Part shown: positions 59,879 through 64,000 of the stretch, piece after piece
Numbering within the stretch: the stretch's first letter is position 1
Layout: each line of letters begins with the position of its first letter
Source of the DNA: Halarcobacter sp.
GTDB lineage: Bacteria > Campylobacterota > Campylobacteria > Campylobacterales > Arcobacteraceae
Length of the DNA stretch: 64,000 bases
Reading direction: 5' to 3'
Assembly (NCBI GenBank): GCA_048571215.1
Contig: CP182352.1
Coordinates: forward strand, 96,001-160,000
Notes under the pieces: generated by a model
Told to the model about the DNA's origin: nothing
What the model saw: the letters and a program-made list of their open reading frames with translations, nothing else
The model's database searches: none
Translations under genes and position numbers: made by a program

Positions 59879-60694
59879 GTGAAAAAACTAGTATTAGCAC
59901 TAATGGTATTTGCTACATTTAATCTATTAGCAGATGATATAAATTTATGGAAAAAATCTACATTAAACAAGATTTTACAAAAAGGTGAATTAGAAGTATG
60001 TATGGAACCAGGATATATGCCTTTTGAGATGAAAGATAAAAAAGGAAGAATTATAGGTTATGATGTAGATATGGCTAAAAGAATGGCAAAAGATATGGGA
60101 GTTAAATTAAAACTTCTTCCAACTGCTTGGGATGGTATTATTGCAGCATTAGTTACAGGTAAGTGTGATATTATTATGTCTGGTATGACTATTACTCAAC
60201 AAAGAAATCTAAAAATAAATTTTGCTGACCCTTATGTAGTTGTTGGTCAAACAATTCTAATGAAAAATGAACTAAAGGGTAAAATTAAAACTGCCAAAGA
60301 TTTAGATAAACCAGAATATACAATTGTTACTAAACTTGGTGTTACAGGTGAAGTTGCAACTAGAAAATTTTTCAAGAAAGCAAAAATTGTAACTTTTGAA
60401 ACTGAAGCTGATGGTTCATCTGAAGTATTAAGTGGAAAAGCAGATGCCTTTGTTTATGATCAACCATATAACATTTTATTTATGAGTGATAAAGGTAAAG
60501 GAAAATTAGTTCATTTAGATGAACCTTTAACTTATGAACCATTAGGCTGGGCTATTAGAAAAGGTGACCCAGATTTTCTTAATTGGTTAAATAACTTTTT
60601 AAGACAAGTAAAAGAAGATAAAGTTGTTGGCTTTTACGATAATATAAATCAAAAATGGCTAAAAGATACTGATTGGTTAAAAAGAGTTCAGTAA
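59879..60694 (+). CDS. Amino-acid ABC transporter substrate-binding protein
   Basis: Signal peptide; YMPFEM, GYDVD, SGMTIT. Confidence 0.93.
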   Translation: MKKLVLALMVFATFNLLADDINLWKKSTLNKILQKGELEVCMEPGYMPFEMKDKKGRIIGYDVDMAKRMAKDMGVKLKLLPTAWDGIIAALVTGKCDIIMSGMTITQQRNLKINFADPYVVVGQTILMKNELKGKIKTAKDLDKPEYTIVTKLGVTGEVATRKFFKKAKIVTFETEADGSSEVLSGKADAFVYDQPYNILFMSDKGKGKLVHLDEPLTYEPLGWAIRKGDPDFLNWLNNFLRQVKEDKVVGFYDNINQKWLKDTDWLKRVQ

Positions 60695-60697
60695 TAA

Positions 60698-61663
60698 ATG
60701 GCTAGAAAACAATCATGGACACAAAATAAAAACACAGGGCATTTAATTGCCCTAGTGTTTTATGTATTAGTTGGATACTTCTTCTATATGGCTGCTTCAA
60801 GTATGAACTATGTTTGGAAGTGGAATTCAGTTCCTAAATATTTTGCATATGAAGAAACTATAAATATAGAGTCCCCAGCAGATGGAAAACTAGTATTAGA
60901 AAATGGCAAGTACTTTATTGTAGGTGATGATAAAGTAGAATTAACTAATTTGGATAGTAGTTTTTCATTTGATTATAAGATTGGAGATTATGTTTATCAA
61001 TATGATTATATTGCTTCAAAAACACAAACAAAAGCTGGTCCAATTTTAAATGGGCTTTGGGTAACTTTAAAAATATCCTTTTTTGCAGGAATATTAACCT
61101 TCTTTATTGGTATTATTGTTGCTTTTATGAAACTCTCGTCCTTGAGTTTTTTAAGAAGTATAGCAACAGTTTATATTACAATTGTAAGGGGTACTCCTCT
61201 TCTTGTACAGATATTCTTATTTTATTTTATTATTGCAAATATATTTGAATTAGAGAGATTTATTGCGGGGGTTTTATCTTTAGGTATTTTCTTTGGTGCA
61301 TATATGGCAGAGATATTAAGAGGTGCGATTCAATCTATTGATAAAGGGCAACTTGAAGCATCTACATCTTTAGGTATTTCAAATTTTCAAGCAATGAGAT
61401 ATATCATTTTACCTCAGGCTTTTAAAAGAGCATTGCCAACATTAGTTGGTGAGATGATTGCACTTGTAAAAGATTCATCTTTAGTTTCTGTTATCTCAAT
61501 TACCGATTTAACTAAAGTTGGGAAAGAGATTGTTGCAAATACATTTTCTCCTTTTGAAACATGGATAGTAGTAGCACTTTTATATTTATGTATTACTTCA
61601 ATTTTGAGTTTTATTGGACATAGAATAGAGAAAAATATGCAAGCTAAAGGTGGAATAAATTAA
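60698..61663 (+). CDS. Amino-acid ABC transporter permease
   Basis: RGTPLLVQ, AEILRGAIQSIDKGQLEA, KDSSL. Confidence 0.95.
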   Translation: MARKQSWTQNKNTGHLIALVFYVLVGYFFYMAASSMNYVWKWNSVPKYFAYEETINIESPADGKLVLENGKYFIVGDDKVELTNLDSSFSFDYKIGDYVYQYDYIASKTQTKAGPILNGLWVTLKISFFAGILTFFIGIIVAFMKLSSLSFLRSIATVYITIVRGTPLLVQIFLFYFIIANIFELERFIAGVLSLGIFFGAYMAEILRGAIQSIDKGQLEASTSLGISNFQAMRYIILPQAFKRALPTLVGEMIALVKDSSLVSVISITDLTKVGKEIVANTFSPFETWIVVALLYLCITSILSFIGHRIEKNMQAKGGIN

Positions 61664-62287
61664 TTGGAAATTTTTCAAAATTTCTTACAGCAAACAATAA
61701 CTTTTTTTGCGATAATGGACCCCATAGGAGTTAGTGCAATAGCACTATCTCTTTTAAGTACAAATACTACAAAAACACAAATATCAATTATCGCAAAAAA
61801 AACTACAACCACTATACTTATAGCTTTTTTTGTAGTTTTGTTAAGTGGAGATCTAATTTTAAAACTTTTTGGAATACATGAAGATTCATTAAAAGTAATG
61901 GGTGGGATAATTCTTCTTCTTATGGCGATTACAATGGTTAGAGGAGGTGCTACTAAAAATAAAAAAGATGATAATGAAAAAGATGATCAAGAGTTAGCAG
62001 TCATACCTATTGGAATCCCAATTGCTTTTGGTACGGGTTTATTTACAACTATCATTATTTTTAAAAACCAAGTAGAAAATAGTGTAGAACTATTTTCATT
62101 GGTTCTTGCTTTTTGTATTAATGCTTTGATTTTTTATATTGTGTTAAAAAACTCTATATATATTAAAAAATATTTAGGAATGACAGGTCAGAATATCATT
62201 ACAAAACTTATGGGACTTATTGTTGGAGCTTTAGCAGTTCAGTTTATAATCTCAGGAGTAGTTCACTTATCTCAAAGCTATTTATGA
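61664..62287 (+). CDS. MarC-family membrane protein
   Basis: MDPIG, GGIILLLMA, IPIGIP, TKLMGL. Confidence 0.9.
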   Translation: MEIFQNFLQQTITFFAIMDPIGVSAIALSLLSTNTTKTQISIIAKKTTTTILIAFFVVLLSGDLILKLFGIHEDSLKVMGGIILLLMAITMVRGGATKNKKDDNEKDDQELAVIPIGIPIAFGTGLFTTIIIFKNQVENSVELFSLVLAFCINALIFYIVLKNSIYIKKYLGMTGQNIITKLMGLIVGALAVQFIISGVVHLSQSYL

Positions 62288-62904
62288 TGGAACTAGATAC
62301 TTTTTTTAGAGGTTTTATTATTACAATTACTTTGATTGTAGCAATTGGAGCTCAAAATGCATATATTTTAAAACTTGGGCTTTTAAGACAACATGTATTA
62401 AAAGCAGCATTGTTTTGTATTTTTTCAGATATATTTTTAATTAGTGCTGGAGTATTTGGTCTTGGATATTTTATAAGAGGTGAACAACTTTTTATAAATG
62501 GTATTGCAATCTTTGGGATAGTATTTTTATGTTTTTATGCTTTTTTATCTTTTAAATCAGCGTTTAATAATGAATCATTAAGAATAGATGACCAAGTAAA
62601 AACAAATCCCTTAAAACAAGTTCTAATATTACTTTTTGTATTTACATATTTAAATCCACATACTTACTTAGATACAGTACTTTTAATTGGTGGGATTGGT
62701 GCAAATATAGAAGCTAATTTAAAAATATATTTTATTACAGGTTGTGGATTAGCTTCTTCTATCTGGTTTTTATCCTTAGCATACGGGGCAAGGCTTTTAA
62801 TACCTTTATTTAAAAAACCAATAACATGGAAAGTTTTGGATATATCAATTGGATTGTTAATGCTTTATATTGCATACTCATTAAAAGATTTAATTGTTTT
62901 TTAA
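62284..62904 (+). CDS. LysE/ArgO-family amino-acid exporter
   Basis: AIGAQNAY and TYLNPHTYLDT motifs. Confidence 0.92.
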   Translation: MMELDTFFRGFIITITLIVAIGAQNAYILKLGLLRQHVLKAALFCIFSDIFLISAGVFGLGYFIRGEQLFINGIAIFGIVFLCFYAFLSFKSAFNNESLRIDDQVKTNPLKQVLILLFVFTYLNPHTYLDTVLLIGGIGANIEANLKIYFITGCGLASSIWFLSLAYGARLLIPLFKKPITWKVLDISIGLLMLYIAYSLKDLIVF

Positions 62905-64000
62905 ACTCAATCCTACCCTTTGTTTCTCCAAATCAACACTAAGAACTTTTATATTTTCAAGGTTTTGATTTATACTTAAAACTTCACTTGGATGAGAGAT
63001 TCTTTTATTAGATATTTGTGAGATATGAAGTAGGGCATCGTTTTTAAGTCCTATATCTACAAAGGCTCCAAAATCTGTAATGTTTCTAACTATTCCTGAA
63101 AGGGTAAAGCCTTCTTTTAAATCCTCTATTTTAGTTATATCACTTGCAAATTTTACTTGATTGAAGTTTTCTCTTATATCAAAGCCTGGTTTTTGAAGCT
63201 CATTTATTATATCTTCTATTTTAATTAGTGAAGTGTTTAGATTAGTGGCTAATGATTGGTATTGATTTTTTTCTACAGTTTTTATATCACAAGTTTTCTC
63301 TAATCTTTTTACTAAATCATAATCTTCAGGGTGAATAGCTGTATTATCTAAAATAGAATCACCTTTTTTAATTCTAAGGAACCCAACACTTTGTTCATAA
63401 GCTTTTGCTCCAACACCTTTCACATCAAGAAGTTGTTTTTTAGACGTAAATATTCCTAGCTTTTTTCTATGTTCAACAATATTTTTTGCTAAAGTTTCCG
63501 TAATACCAGATACAAAAGATAAAAGTTTAAAGGAAGCGGAATTTAAATCAACTCCAACTTTATTTACTAAATCTACTGTTATGTTTTCAAGTTTTAAACT
63601 TAACTCTTTTTGGTTTACATCGTGTTGGTATTGTCCTATTCCAAGTGATTTTGGGTCTATTTTAACTAAGGCTGCCATAGGGTCTCTTAATCTACTAGCA
63701 ATTGAAATAGCACCTCTAATTGTAACATCAAGATTTGGATACTCTTGGGTTGCTATTTTTGAAGCAGAATATACACTTGCTCCTATTTCACTAACTATTG
63801 CATAGTTTATATTAAGGTTGTTTTCTTTTATAAGATTTGAGATGAAGCTTGCAGTTTCCCTAGAAGCTGTACCATTTCCTATTGCTATTGAAGTTATTTT
63901 GTGTTTTTTAATAAGCTCCAAAACTATTTTTGATGAGGTTTTTATATCCTCTTTTGGTTTTGTTGGATAGATAACACTTGAATCCAAATACTCCCCATTT
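62890..64000 (-). CDS. tex: Tex-family RNA-binding transcriptional accessory protein (3' part; start lies beyond the window)
   Basis: AIGNGTASRET, GASVYSAS, IGQYQHDV, HhH motifs, C-terminal S1 domain (FGAFVDIG). Confidence 0.95.
   Translation of the reverse strand, partial: NGEYLDSSVIYPTKPKEDIKTSSKIVLELIKKHKITSIAIGNGTASRETASFISNLIKENNLNINYAIVSEIGASVYSASKIATQEYPNLDVTIRGAISIASRLRDPMAALVKIDPKSLGIGQYQHDVNQKELSLKLENITVDLVNKVGVDLNSASFKLLSFVSGITETLAKNIVEHRKKLGIFTSKKQLLDVKGVGAKAYEQSVGFLRIKKGDSILDNTAIHPEDYDLVKRLEKTCDIKTVEKNQYQSLATNLNTSLIKIEDIINELQKPGFDIRENFNQVKFASDITKIEDLKEGFTLSGIVRNITDFGAFVDIGLKNDALLHISQISNKRISHPSEVLSINQNLENIKVLSVDLEKQRVGLSLKNN

Overview
AT-rich chromosomal window from a Campylobacterota genome, most likely Arcobacteraceae; this is inferred from gene content and order (plsX-rpmF-DUF177-ndk-ferredoxin/ahpC, rho...murI-dnaX). 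Housekeeping genes (rho, murI, dnaX, hemC, thyA-folA, recQ, tex) are interspersed with metabolic modules: a 2-methylcitrate operon prpB-prpC-acnD-prpF, a complete quinohemoprotein amine dehydrogenase cluster qhpADCBFEG with a divergent porin and AraC regulator, and an amino-acid ABC transporter. The most interesting region is a very AT-rich insert after rho (about 4240-10500). It holds an ERIC-like palindromic element, a ccdAB-like toxin-antitoxin pair and a tightly packed four-gene operon: putative winged-helix protein, BrxD/DUF2791-like P-loop ATPase, PD-(D/E)XK nuclease-like protein and FokI-type N6-adenine methyltransferase. I could not match this operon to a named defence system. Other highlights are a Fur-boxed lipoprotein gene fusing Ig-like, RCC1 and di-heme oxidoreductase (DHOR) modules but split by one in-frame TAA, a dnaX whose conserved C-terminal tail lies in the +1 frame, an unannotated 31-aa membrane peptide gene, and a ThyA with a T4-phage-like insert. 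No rRNA, tRNA, CRISPR array, integrase or transposase was recognised. All family assignments come from motif recognition by eye, not database searches.
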